From contig NC_047019.1 of NCBI RefSeq assembly GCF_902652985.1, positions 27,652,001 to 27,716,000 of the forward strand: a stretch of DNA of 64,000 nt. The letters run 5' to 3'. This document shows positions 1 to 13,100 of the stretch, piece after piece (position 1 is the first letter of the stretch; the number at the start of each line of letters is the position of its first letter). The stretch comes from Pecten maximus (lineage: Eukaryota). The notes under the pieces are model-generated. The model ran no database searches. It had not been told where the DNA came from and worked only from the letters and a program-made list of their open reading frames with translations. A program made the position numbers and the translations under genes.

Positions 1-1912
1 ATGTTGTTTTCTGATTGGTCTCAAAATGCAATATGCATAACTAGGCACCGAGGGGAACATGTGTATGAAATTTGAGAAAGATCCCTTCAGTACTTTCTGA
101 GAAATAGCGATAACAAACTTCAATTGTCAAAATCCAAGATGGCTGCCTGTCGGCCATGTTGTTTTCCGATTGGTCTCAAAATGCAATATGCATAACTAGG
201 CACCAAGAGGAACCTACATATGAAATTTGAGAAAGATCCCTTCAGTACTTTCTGAGAAATTGCGATAACAAACTTCAATTGTCAAAATCCAAGATGGCTA
301 CCTGTCAGCCATGTTGTTTTCCGATTTGTCTCAAAATGCAATATGCATAACTAAGCACCAAGGGGATCCTACATATGAAATTTGAGAAAGATCCCTTCAG
401 TACTTTCTGAGAAATAGCGATAACAAACTTCAATTGTCAATATCCAAGATGGCTACCTGTCGGCCATGTTGTTTTCTGATTGGTCTCAAAATGCAATATG
501 CATAACTATGCACCGAGGGGAACATGTGTATGAAATTTGAGAAAGATCCCTTCAGTACTTTCTGAGAAATAGCGATAACAAACTTCAATTGTCAAAATCC
601 AAGATGGCTGCCTGTCGGCCATGTTGTTTTCCGATTGGTCTCAAAATGCAATATGCATAACTAGGCACCAAGAGGAACCTACATATGAAATTTGAGAAAG
701 ATCCCTTCAGTTCTTTCTCAGAAATAGCAATAACAAACTTCAATTGTCAAAATCCAAGATGGCTGCCTGTCGGCCATGTTGTTTTCCGATTGGTCTCAAA
801 ATGCAATATGCATAACTAGGCACCAAGAGGAACCTACATATGAAATTTGAGAAAGATCCCTTCAGTATTTTCTGAGAAATAGCGATAACAAACTTCAATT
901 GTCAATATCCAAGATGGCTACCTGTCGGCCATGTTGTTTTCCGATTGGTCTCAAAATGCAATATGCATAACTAAGCACCAAGGGGATCCTACATATGAAA
1001 TTTGAGAAAGATCTCTTCAGTACTTTCTGAGAAATAGCGATAACAAACTTCAATTGTCAAAATCCAAGATGGCTGCCTGTCGGCCATGTTGTTTTCTGAT
1101 TGGTCTCAAAATACAATATGCATAACTAGGCACCAAGAGGAACATTTGTATGAAATTTGAGAAAGATCCCTTCAGTTCTTTCTCAGAAATAGCAATAACA
1201 AACTTCAATTGTCAAAATCCAAGATGGCTGCCTGTCGGCCATGTTGTTTTCCGATTGGTCTCAAAATGCAATATGCATAACTAGGCACCAAGAGGAACCT
1301 ACATATGAAATTTGAGAAAGATCCCTTCAGTATTTTCTGAGAAATAGCGATAACAAACTTCAATTGTCAATATCCAAGATGGCTACCTGTCGGCCATGTT
1401 GTTTTCCGATTGGTCTCAAAATGCAATATGCATAACTAGGCACCAAGAGGAACCTACATATGAAATTTGAGAAAGATCCCTTCAGTATTTTCTGAGAAAT
1501 AGCGATAACAAACTTCAATTGTCAATATCCAAGATGGCTACCTGTCGGCCATGTTGTTTTCCGATTGGTCTCAAAATGCAATATGCATAACTAAGCACCA
1601 AGGGGATCCTACATATGAAATTTGAGAAAGATCTCTTCAGTACTTTCTGAGAAATAGCGATAACAAACTTCAATTGTCAAAATCCAAGATGGCTGCCTGT
1701 CGGCCATGTTGTTTTCTGATTGGTCTCAAAATACAATATGCATAACTAGGAACCAAGAGGAACCTACATATGAAATTTGAGAAAGATCCCTTCAGTACTT
1801 TCTGAGGATTAGCGATAACAAGAATTGTTTAAGGACGAACGGACGGATGGACCACGGACCACGGACGCAGGGCGATTTGAATAGCCCACCATCATCAGAT
1901 GGTGGGCTAAAA
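1..1912 (-). mobile_element. Helentron/HINE (DINE-1-like) non-autonomous element with an internal 155-bp satellite (truncated by window)
   Basis: ~11.7 tandem copies of a 155-bp unit (1-1822), then a GGAC-type microsatellite (1833-1868) and a terminal hairpin TAGCCCACCATC-atca-GATGGTGGGCTA (1882-1909) next to an A run. Confidence 0.75.
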
Positions 1913-2439
1913 ATAACTATGACACTTGACATATTTTTAATAATGTATTTTCCTAAATCTTAATTAGCATGAGTCCATACTGACAGGTTAAGGTCGATAT
2001 TCCACAAAATCAAATGCAACTAAGAAATTTTAATAAGATAAATATTGATTAATGAAGTAACTTTTAATACCACTAGTCTAAAGTCGGAAACCCAACAAAT
2101 CTTTCTACCACATCGTCATCATTTTGTAATACTGTAATCATATCACTTTATTTACTTGTGCATATCTCTCAATCAAAACAAATGTGACATGTGATGAAAA
2201 ATTATTCAAGAATCTGGTTCAAACATATACTTTACCATACATTATCCTTTGCATACATTTTGTATGTATTCTATTTTGCACTTTACAAAAACATGCACTT
2301 CTCCATTGAACTGAACAGAATTCAACCGGTCTTGCTCGCCATGTCGACAACATCTTTCAGTCTTTGTGAGTGTCCAAACCATGGGAGTCAAGAACGGGTT
2401 GGTACAGAGGTGTAACCTGGACCAAAGAATTGCTGATGT

Positions 2440-5400
2440 TTAACTGACTAGGAACTGCTTGATACGATATACTGTAGCAGTGCACACCATTATCCAACAA
2501 GCTATACCGAGGGCACCTGAAATGTGAACAAATAGATTTGGTAAATCATGGAAATATCAGAAACTTTTAAAATCCTTTGATATCTACTCTATCCTGATCA
2601 CATGCAAAGAGGTCACTTTAAGATGTTTAAGATAATATCTTATCATTTTTATTAAAAACTGCAGACTAGAAAATAATGAGCTAAGAAAGAAAAAACGTCT
2701 GCATTGAAATAAAATTTATGGTCTGATCAAGCAGCGAGAACAAATAAATTTTTCCTGAGAGGAGGGGTTGGAGATGTTTATTTTAAGCTTTAAATTGTAC
2801 AAACCTGGTATTCCTGTAGGCAGAGCTACAAACTTTTGTAAAGGGTAGAACCATTCGGAGGGAAACATCAACAGAGGTTCATTACGGTACCGGAAAACCA
2901 ATGTTATCATCGTTAGTGCCTGAGAAAACAACATAAAATATGCAAGTCAAATTATCATGTTAGAGAGAACACTCATTTCATGTCTTATCAGTACACATGA
3001 CAACAGAAGTATTTACTAAGCTATTTTCTGTGTCATACTGTGTTAAATGTTCCAATACATTATATGTATAATTAGGGGATATCCAGGTAAATATGGACAG
3101 GTGGGTAAATAGGGACATATAGGACTTAATCTGAAAAAGTTTTAAGGACAGTTCACAATATTTATTGGTTGTAAAAAACAGTAATGATCTTGTTTTTTTT
3201 TGTGTGAACATCCAGTCAGTCTGCTTAAAGAGGCAGATGCCAGAAGATTGCTACCTCATGAACATTGAACAACATATGAGAGGCCCAACACCATGCTATC
3301 TAGAGCAATTTGACAAGTATCTTGACAAGTATCTAGACCAATGACACAACCACAACACACAGTGGCGCAGGATATCAGCTCCCAGAGCATAAACCGCCTC
3401 TGGTAGGGACCAAACAGTCGCCTCGTTCGGGAACAACAGTTTTGCCTATGGTAGGACCAAAAGTCACCTCTGGTAGACCAAACTCCCCTCGGGGTATGGG
3501 AACAAAACAGTTGCCTAGGGCAGGGACCAAAAAGTCCCCTCGTATAAGGACCAACAGTCGCCCCTCGGTTAGGGACCAAGCAGTCTCCTCTGGTAGGGAC
3601 CCAAACAGATCCCGGGTAGGGACCAAACATCGCCCTGGGTAGGACCAAACATTGCCTCTGGTATAGACCAAAAACAATATCCTCGGTAGGAGACCAAACA
3701 ATAGCCTTCGGGGAGGGGACCAAACAAAGTCACCTCATGGTAGGGACCAAACCAAAAGCTTCGGGTAGGGACCAAACAGTCGCCTCGGGTTGGGACCAAC
3801 CAGGCGCCTCGGGTAGGGACCAAACAGTCGCCTCGGGTAGGGACCAAACAGTTGCCTCGGGTAGGGACCAAACAGTTGCCTCGGGTAGGGACCAAACAGT
3901 CGCCTCGGGTAGGGACCAAACAGTCCCCTTGGGTAGGAACCAAACAATAGCCTCAGGTAGAGACCAAACAGTCGCCTCGGGTAGGGAAAAACAATCGCCT
4001 CGGGTAGGGACCAAGCAATCGCCTCGGATAGGGACCAAACAGTCGCCTTGGGTAGGGACCAAACAGTCGCCTCTGGTAGGGACCAAACAAAAGCTTCGGG
4101 TAGGGACCAAACAATAGCCTTGGTACGGACCAAACAATCGCCTCGGGTAGGGACCAAACAGTCGCCTCGGGTAGGTACCAAACAGTCGCCTCAGGTAGGG
4201 ACCAAACAAAATCTTCGGGTAGGGACCAAACAATCACCTCAGGTAGGGACCAAACAAAAGCTTCGGGTAGGGACCAAACAGTCGCCTCGGGTTGGGACCA
4301 ACCAGTCGCCTCGGGTAGGGACCAAACAGTCGCCTCGGGTAGGGACCAAACAGTTGCCTCGGGTAGGGACCAAACAGTTGCCTCGGGTAGGGACCAAACA
4401 GTCGCCTCGGGTAGGGACCAAACAGTCCCCTTGGGTAGGGACCAATCAGTCGCCTCAGGTAGGAACCAAACAATAGCCTCAGGTAGAGACCAAACAGTCG
4501 CCTCGGGTAGGGAAAAACAATCGCCTCGGGTAGGGACCAAGCAATCGCCTCGGGTAGGGACCAAACAGTCGCCTTGGGTAGGGACCAAACAGTCGCCTCT
4601 GGTAGGGACCAAACAAAAGCTTCGGGTAGGGACCAAACAATAGCCTTGGTAGGGACCAAACAATCGCCTCGGGTAGGGACCAAGCAATCGCCTCGGGTAG
4701 GGACCAAACAGTCGCCTCGGGTAGGGACCAAACAGTCACCTCTGGTAGGGACCAAACAGTCGCCTCGGGTAGAGACCAAACAGTCGCCTCAGGTAGGGAC
4801 CAAACAATAGCCTCGGGTAGGGACCAAACAATGGCCTTGGGTAGGGACCAAGCAATCGCCACGGGTAGGGACCAAACAGTCATCTTGGGTAGGGACCAAA
4901 CAGTCGCCTCTGGTAGGGACCAAACAGTCACCTTGGGTAGGGACAAAACAGTTGCCTCGGGTAGGGACCAAACAGTCGCCTCGGGTAGGGACCAAACAGT
5001 CGCCTCAGGTAGGGACCAAACAAAAGCTTCGGGTAGGGACCAAACAGTCGCCTTAGGTAGGGACCAAACAATCGCCTCGGTTAGGGACCAAACAGTCGCC
5101 TCTGGTAGGGACCAAACAGTCGCCTCGGGTAGGGGCCAAACAGTCGCCTCTGGTAGGGACCAGTCGCCTTGGGTAGGGGCCAAACAGTCGCCTCGGGTAG
5201 GAACCAAACAGTCCCCTCTGGTAGGGACCAAACAGTCGCCGCGGGTAGGGACAAAACAGTCCCCTCTGGTAGAGATCAAACAGTCACCTCGGGTAGGGAC
5301 CAAACAATGGCCTTGGGTAGGGACCAAACAGTCGGCTTGGGTAGGGGCCAAACAGTCGCCTCAGGTAGAGACCAAACAATCGCCTCAGGTAGAGACCAAA

Positions 5401-6922
5401 CAATAGCCTCAGGTAGAGACCAAACAGTCGCCTCGGGTAGGGAAAAACAATCGCCTCGGGTATGGACCAAACAATGGCCTTGGGTAGGGACCAAACAATG
5501 GCCTCGGGTAGGGACAAAACAGTCGCCTCGGGTAGGGACCAAACAGTCGCCTCCCTGATTACTGGTTATGATATAAATTAGTATACAGAGTGTATATAAA
5601 CCATATGTAGCTATGAATCTATGTGAAGTATTATTTGTAAGGATAGAATGAAAATGATACTGTGGTGTCAGACAGACAGACAGGGTTGGTTGGGGATGTT
5701 TATTGGAGGACAAGGAAAACAATTTTTTTTTACTGAATTGCAATGTACATAGGTGGGCTTATTACTGGATAAACATTTGATAGAAACCCTAAGGTTCTTA
5801 CTTGTGTCACATATATTACAATTCTGACAAGCATTGACAAGAGTGAGCTCTTCTGCATCCTGGTAGAATCTGAAATAACAAAAGTTATACAGGTAATAGG
5901 TATTGGATATGATAAAAACAAGCATCAAATTGGCTTTTAGAACGATTATGAACACAAAAACATATCCAATAAGTCTCCGTTCTTTTGTAATGTTTTATTT
6001 TTTTTTGATTAACTGAATTAATCTTTTTGAACAAAAGTATATACTACTGAACCACATCACGTCATCATTTAATGTCAATAAAAAAGATAGTTAAATTCAA
6101 CTGGAATAAGGCAAACAAACAAAAAATGTATTGTATTATAATATAGGATGGTCTATAAATAATAAGTAAATGGAAAGTCAGCCTTACTTGATTCTTTGAC
6201 CTGCGTCATCAATTTATCAATACGGCGTTGAATTTTGGCATATCTAGCAAATTCATCTGTCATACTGATAGAGTCCTGCTCAGCCTTCAGTTCTCTTACT
6301 TGTGACCGCAAGTTTAATTCTTCATCAGAGACATGCAAGAGAAACTTGCTCAACTGTAAAGTGAAAGGGAAACAATTGTGCAACAGATGCATGTAGTACC
6401 AGTATGTGTATACATTTGGCCACTTGCGTTCAGACCAGTCCAGTTAAATTACATTGATATTGCTTTTCAGCAGCCTGGTGAATTTCTTAACGGATATATT
6501 ATATAACATGGTTAATTGAATTGCCACTCTTCTATACAGTAAAACAGTGGTTTTTTTTTGTTATTGTTTTTGTGTGCATGATCAGTTGGTTCCCGTATAT
6601 ATATAGTCTTTTTACCGACTCAACGGCTAACAAATGCCCTCCAGTAAACGTTTTTTTCCATAGCCAATGCAACTCAGTGGCTAACAAATGTTATAGCTGT
6701 TTATAATTAGTCTAGTCAGCTAACACAAGCTAGCCTGATAATCAATTGCAACATGCCCAACTCGGCAACTGATGAGGGTGATCAATGCAGCTGCAATGCA
6801 TATCCGATGACAGACGAGTGGTAAAATAAGGACAAACTTACTCTTTTGGTTATATCTCCAGAATACGATGGCAGCACTGAAAATAGAAGGACTAAAAGGA
6901 AAACAACTATTAAGAAAATCAT
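2440..6922 (-). CDS. GET1: Guided entry of tail-anchored proteins factor 1 (GET1/WRB), 5 coding exons, ~168 aa
   Basis: Exons on minus: 6842-6922, 6188-6353, 5802-5869, 2805-2919, 2440-2516. All introns are GT-AG and phase-consistent (507 nt). Translation MIFLIVVFLLVLLFSVLPSY...SISMTDEFARYAKIQRRIDKL...EWFYPLQKFVALPTGIPGALGIACWIMVC matches recalled WRB motifs (MMDEFARYARLERKINK; WITPLDRLVAFPT; GVGITCWILVC). Confidence 0.93.
3400..5556. repeat. 24-bp minisatellite (GGTAGGGACCAAACAGTCGCCTCG)n in GET1 intron 3
   Basis: ~90 copies, degenerate toward the low-coordinate end. It explains all the 8-aa-periodic ORFs at 3256-5743. Confidence 0.95.
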
Positions 6923-7122
6923 GTTGCTGTCTAAAGCAAATCCAGAGATAAAATATAACTCGCTGTCAATTCTGAGCTTTTACTTTCGTTTTTGTTTTGG
7001 CTCTCCTCAAAGCGTAGGGGAGACCCAGCTCCGAAGAAAATATAAACAAAAACTCCCGCGGAATTTTGCAGCACACGTGTATGGTTTAATGATTCGATAA
7101 TAGATGTTTAAGACATTGGACC
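6923..7122. promoter_or_regulatory. Compact bidirectional promoter region GET1/ORC3
   Basis: The divergent ATGs are only 200 bp apart. The interval contains an E2F-like TCCCGCGGAA (7054-7063) and an E-box CACGTG (7074-7079). Transcription start sites cannot be determined from sequence. Confidence 0.7.
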
Positions 7123-10100
7123 ATGGAGACTGGTTCGTCGGTGTCGAAGGTAAAATGTGTTACATAACGAATGCAAATGAAATGCAGATAAATACCAACT
7201 TTTCTTCTGTGGCATTTTGAGAATTTGTCGGGCCATAGACGTGTATCTCGACTCTGGTCGGGTCGTACGTCCCTACTGAAAAGGCAAAGCGGTCAAGATC
7301 TATCTTACATTGTTTAAGAACAGTTGAAGTAGTTACAAATGTAAATAAACAACTCGCTATGACTATTTTGACATTTAGTAAACGCGATGGTTACGACACA
7401 TTGGACCTACGTATGTCGGGTTAATTTTTCGTATAGCAAGGGAGGTAACTCGTAGTACTTTGCACGTTATCATTTATAGACCCAAATGACTTTAGTTTGT
7501 TCACATCGCCAGCATCCCTTTGTTCACAATTTTATAAGACAAGTGAAATTCTTACTGAGATACATATTTGAATATAATTATTATATAACTAGATAATTTA
7601 TTTTGATTTATGTGTGTTTTCTATTGTGTCAAATTGTCAATGCAAAAAGATAATGATTTTTTAAGTGTTTTACATACACCTCATACAGCAGATGGTAAGG
7701 TGGGCAGTGACAGTGGTACATTGATTGATGTAAAACGATACAGGCATTGTACCTGTCTTGATTTGATCAAACAATATGTTTTTTTTCGGGTACTGTAGTG
7801 ATTTCTTCCAATAGAAATACAATTGTACTTCATTCCATCCAGGCCAACAAGATCGAGTGAAACGGGTCAGTTTAACTCAGCTGTTGTAAAATAATTGAAG
7901 TTTGCATGCACTGTATGTACTGATTGTGAAAATAAACATTTATAGACAAAAATCAAAATATTTACCTGGTATTCAATTTGATTTTAATCTTTTTTTAGGG
8001 AGTTTTTGCTTACAAAGGAAAGAAGAAATCAGTAAATCCTGGTAAGATTTTCGATTCAAAAGGGAATTGATTAAAACATTTTCTCCTGCTTTAGTGAGTC
8101 AGAATTTGAAATGATCTGATACATCCTGCCATTTTATCTACTAGAGCATCTGACAATGTGTACCTAGGACTGAAGAGTGTATACAGTCACCATCTTGAAA
8201 CGATAATAGTTATTGTTAAAATGTTGGAAGTCATCAGTTAATTAAGAAAAAAAAATTAAAAAAAATTAATCTACCTTCATCAGATAGACGGCTATTAAAA
8301 TTGCCCTAAATCTGTAGTTTATGTATTGTGTGCCATCCCTCTGTCCATTGCCTATCTGTAAACAACAATTGTTATCGCTAATTCTAGCAAACTGCAGAAA
8401 GGATATATTTCGCAAACTTCACATAAAGGTTCCCCATGGTCCCTAGTTATGACCAATTAATTTTAAGTGTATTTAGGAAGACAAGATCTTTGATTTTAAC
8501 AGTTGAACATCGCTATCACTATTTCTTCAGAAGTATATACTCGAAGAATATTTTTCGGACTTCATGGAATGTGTAGTCCTAGTCCTAGTTGTGCCCATCC
8601 AGTATATTAGTCTGATTGGGGGAAAAAAATGGCTGAGAGGCAGCCATCTTAAATTTTGACAATGGAAGATTGTTATTGCTATATCTTATAACATACTGGA
8701 GATATAATTCTCAAACTTCAGATGTAGGTTCCCCTTAAGCTTGTTCCCTAGTTATACCCATTCAATTTTAAATCTGATCAGGAAAACAAACTGTCAAAAC
8801 TGAAGGAAGCCATCTTGGATTTTGACAGTTGAATTTTGTTATCACTATTTCCGTGAGAAGAAATTGAAGGATATATATATATATATCTTGATGAGTAGAT
8901 TTCCGTTGACCCCTATTTGTGCCCCACTCAATTTTGAGTCTGATCTAGGAATTAAAATGGCTGACTGGAGATCATCTTGGATTTTGACAGTTGAAATTTG
9001 TTTTGAATATTTCTGTGAAAGTTTTTCTCAGATCTTTCATAGACTTCAGATGTACATTGTGGTTTCAACTTATTATCAAATGATTTTTTTTAAAAAAGAG
9101 GGAAAAGAATGGAAAATTAGAGAAAAAGATAAGTCTTTCAATAAAGATCATTCAGATCATTCATCAAGTCCCTATATAGTATTGTGTCAATACAAATGAA
9201 GCTTCGTCTTAGGTATTTCCCATGTGTGTTTCATACTGTAGATGTAGCCACTAGCTACTACCAGAAGACCCTGCTTCAAAATGACCTGATTATACCCAGA
9301 GTAATAAACCAAGAAACAAAATGCAAACTGGAAATTTCACATTAATATAATTTCATGTGTTCATATATTTATATTCTGCCATGATATATACCACAGAAAA
9401 ATATTTCCCGAGAACTGAGACTGTTAACACATGGAAGAGAAGACTGGAAACGTATCAAAGTTTGTGGGAAAATGTGGATACTGAGATCCAGGTAATGTTG
9501 TGGTTATATCTGTCTTTGTATTCTTCTACAAAATTGGACTAGAACTTACTTTCAGATTTATCCTGTATACATAAATCAATATGGCTTTAGGCAACAAAAT
9601 ATTATCAATCGGATTCCTCCGACAATAGATGCTGTCCTAAATCATTGATTAAAAGCTTTCATATGTTATTTATATTGTTTTTCAGATACTGCAATCCAAC
9701 TTGAATACTAAGATATTTGACGACCTTTTGAAATTTACTAAGACATGTCATACAGATTTTACCTTGTCAAGTCAGACAGGGAACCCTCGTACCAAGGAAG
9801 TCCCTACGGCTGCTCTTGTAACAGGTATCTACAAAATGGGGGACTTTCAACAGGAGTGATATATATGCATCATGATAAAAGTGATTATAGTTGTTTCTAC
9901 CACAATACCCTGTGTTATTCAACTCTCAGACCAATCATTACAGCTGTTGATTAACAATCTGTTTATACCACACATGGTATAAACTCTGTACGCATTTTGA
10001 TTGGCTAACACGGTGAACTTTGACCCAAGCTGCAATTGTTATTGATGCATCAATAATCTAATGACGTCACATCACCGGGTCCCGGACATCACCGGTACAC

Positions 10101-13100
10101 TTTATTAGGTCATATGACCCGAAGGGTCAGGATGACCTATAGTCATCATGTTTCGTCCGTCGTCGTGCGCCGTCCGCCGTTCGCCGTCCGCCGTGCGTAA
10201 ACTTTTCACATTTCAAACTTCTTCTCAAGTTCCACAAGTGGGATTGAGCTGAAACTTGCCTGAAATGATGCTGGGATGGTCCCGACCAAGTGTTGTTATT
10301 TTTCGGGTCAGTCTGAAATCCAAGATGGCCGCCATGGCCGCCATTTTGAAAACACATTTGAAACTTCTTCTCAAGTTCCACTGGTGAGATTGAGCTGAAA
10401 CTTGCCTGAAATGATCCTGGGATGATCCTGAGGAAGTGTTGTTTTTCAGGTCGGTCAGAAATCCAAGATGGCCGCCATGGCAACCATCTTGAAAAATACA
10501 TTTTAAACTTCTTCTCCAGTTCCACTGGTGCGATTGAGCTAGAAATTGGTGAGGATGTTAAGGAAGGAAAGCCAATAAAGTGTTGTTATTTTTCGGCTTC
10601 GTAAAAACTTCGACATTGCAGCCACGGCAGCCATTTTGTAACATGATTGCGCAATCATGGTTCTTCTGAACAACACCTATTTCAAACTTCTTCTCAAATT
10701 CCATCAGTGGGATTCAGCTCTAACTTACCAGAAATGATCCTGGGATTGTCCTGACCAAGTGTTGTTATTTTTCAAGTCGGTCAGAAATCCAAGATGGCCG
10801 CCATGGCAACCATCTTGAAAAACACATTTTAAACTTCTTCTCCAGTTCCACTGGTGCGATTGAGCTGGAAATTGGTGAGGATGTTATGGAAAGAGAGCCA
10901 ATAAAGTGTTGTTATTTTTCGGCTTCATAAAAACTTCGACATTGCAGCCACGGCAGCCATTTTGTAAAATGATTGCGCAATCATAGTTCTTCTGAACAAC
11001 ACCTATATCAAACTTCTTCTCAAATTCCACCCGTGGGATTGAGATCTTACTTACCAGAAATGATCCTGAGATAGCCCTGACCAAGTGTTGTTATTTTTCA
11101 AGTCGATCAGAAATCTAAGATGGCCGTCATGGCAACCATCTTGAAAAACACATTTTAAACTTCTTCTCCAGTTCCACTGGTGCCATTTAGCTGGAAATTG
11201 GTGAGGATGCTAAGGAAAGAGAGGCAACAAAGTGTTGTTATTTTTTGGCCAAGTAAAAACTTTGACATGGCAGCCATGGTGGCCATTTTGTAAAATGATT
11301 GCGCAATCATGGTTTTCCTGAACAACACCTATTTCAAACTTCTTCTCAAATTCCACCCGTGGGATTTGGCTCTAACTTACCAGAAATGATCCTGAGATGC
11401 TCCTGGCCAAGTTTTGTTATTTATCGGGTCAGTCAGAAATCCAAGATGGCTGCCATGGCAGCCATCTTGAAAAACACATTTTAAACTTCTTCTCCAGTTC
11501 CACTGGTGCAATTGAGCTGGAAATTGGTGAGGATGTTAAGGAAGGGGACCCAACAAAGTGTTGTTATTTTTCAGCCTCGTAAAAACTTTGAAATAGCAAC
11601 CACGGCGGCCATTTTTTAACATGATTGCGCAATCATGTTTTTCCTGAACAACACGTATTTCAAACTTCTTCTCAAATTCCACCCGTGGGATTTGGCTCTA
11701 ACTTACCAGAAATGATCCTGAGATGGTCATGGCCAAGTGTTATTATTTTTAAGGTAGGTCAGAAATCCAAGATGGCCGCCATGGCCAACAGTGCCACTAA
11801 ACCTGCAGAGAATGCCTACTACAATATTATAAGGGTCTTTAATTTAGAGTCAGATGACCGTTAAGGCCCCTGGGCCTCTTGTTTGCATACGCGAAATTAT
11901 ACTTGGCCACGTTTCCCTTTGATTCAAGCCGATATTATTGTGGTAGAAACAGGTCACACGACTCGAAATTGTTGGATATGGAATTTATTTCACACGAGTA
12001 AGTTATTTTTTAAAAGTTGCAAAAAACACTCGCTAAAGCTCGTGTCTTTTGTAACTTTTAAAAAATAACTTACTCGTGTGAAATAAATTCCATATCCAAC
12101 AACCACTCGTTGTGTAACCTTTATTTAAACTCATCAGATATGTGATACTGTATTAACACTCAATCTCCATCCAGATTTTTCATTTTTTTCCTATAGCTAG
12201 ATAGAAATATTTTCTGCCCCAAATATCAACTTAGTAACTGGTAATAGCTATAAGTTTCAAGTTAACCATACTTTGTGCTACTCTTTTTAGGTCATCTGAC
12301 CCGAAGGGTCAGGATGACCTATAGTCATCATGCTTCGTCCGTCGTCATGTGCCGTCCGCCGTCTGCCGTGCGTCGTGCGTAAACTTTTCACATTTCAAAC
12401 TTCTTCTCGAGTTCCACCAGTGGGATTGAGCTGAAACTTGCCTGAAATGATCCTGAGATGGTCCTGACCAAGTGTTGTTATTTTTCGGGTAGGTCCGAAA
12501 TCCAAGATGGCCGCCATAGCCGCCATTTTGAAAACACATTTTAAACTTCTTCTCATGTTCCACCAGTGCTATTGAGCTGCAACTTCCCTGAAATGATCCT
12601 GATATGATCCCAACCAAGTGTTGTTATTTTTCGGGTCGGTCCAAAATCCAAGATGGCCGCCATAGCCGCCATCTTGAAAAACACATTTTAAACTTCTTCT
12701 CATGTTCCACTAGTGCTATTTAGTTGAAACTTCCCTGAAATGATCCTGAGATGGTCCTGACCAAGTGTTGTTATTTTTCGGGTTGGTCCGAAATCCAAGA
12801 TGGCCGCCATAGCCGCCATTTTGAAAACACATTTTAAACTTCTTCTCATGTTCCACCAGTGCTATTGAGCTGAAACTTGCCATAAATGATCCTGAGATGG
12901 TCCTGACCAAGTGTTGTTATTTTTCGGGTTGGTCCGTAATCCAAGATGGCCGCCATAGCCGCCATCTTGAAAAACACATTTCAAACTTCTTCTCAAGTTC
13001 CACCAGTGGGATTGAGCTGAAACTTGCCTGAAATGATCCTGATATGATCCCGACCAAGTGTTGTTATTTTTTGGGTCGGTCCGAAATCCAAGATGGCCAC

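Noticed and set aside
3256-5743. Many overlapping 100-290-aa ORFs (VPTRGDCL, WSLPEATV, GTKQSPRV, including RGD motifs)
   Set aside because: They are translations of a 24-bp minisatellite, open in several frames on both strands, inside GET1 intron 3.
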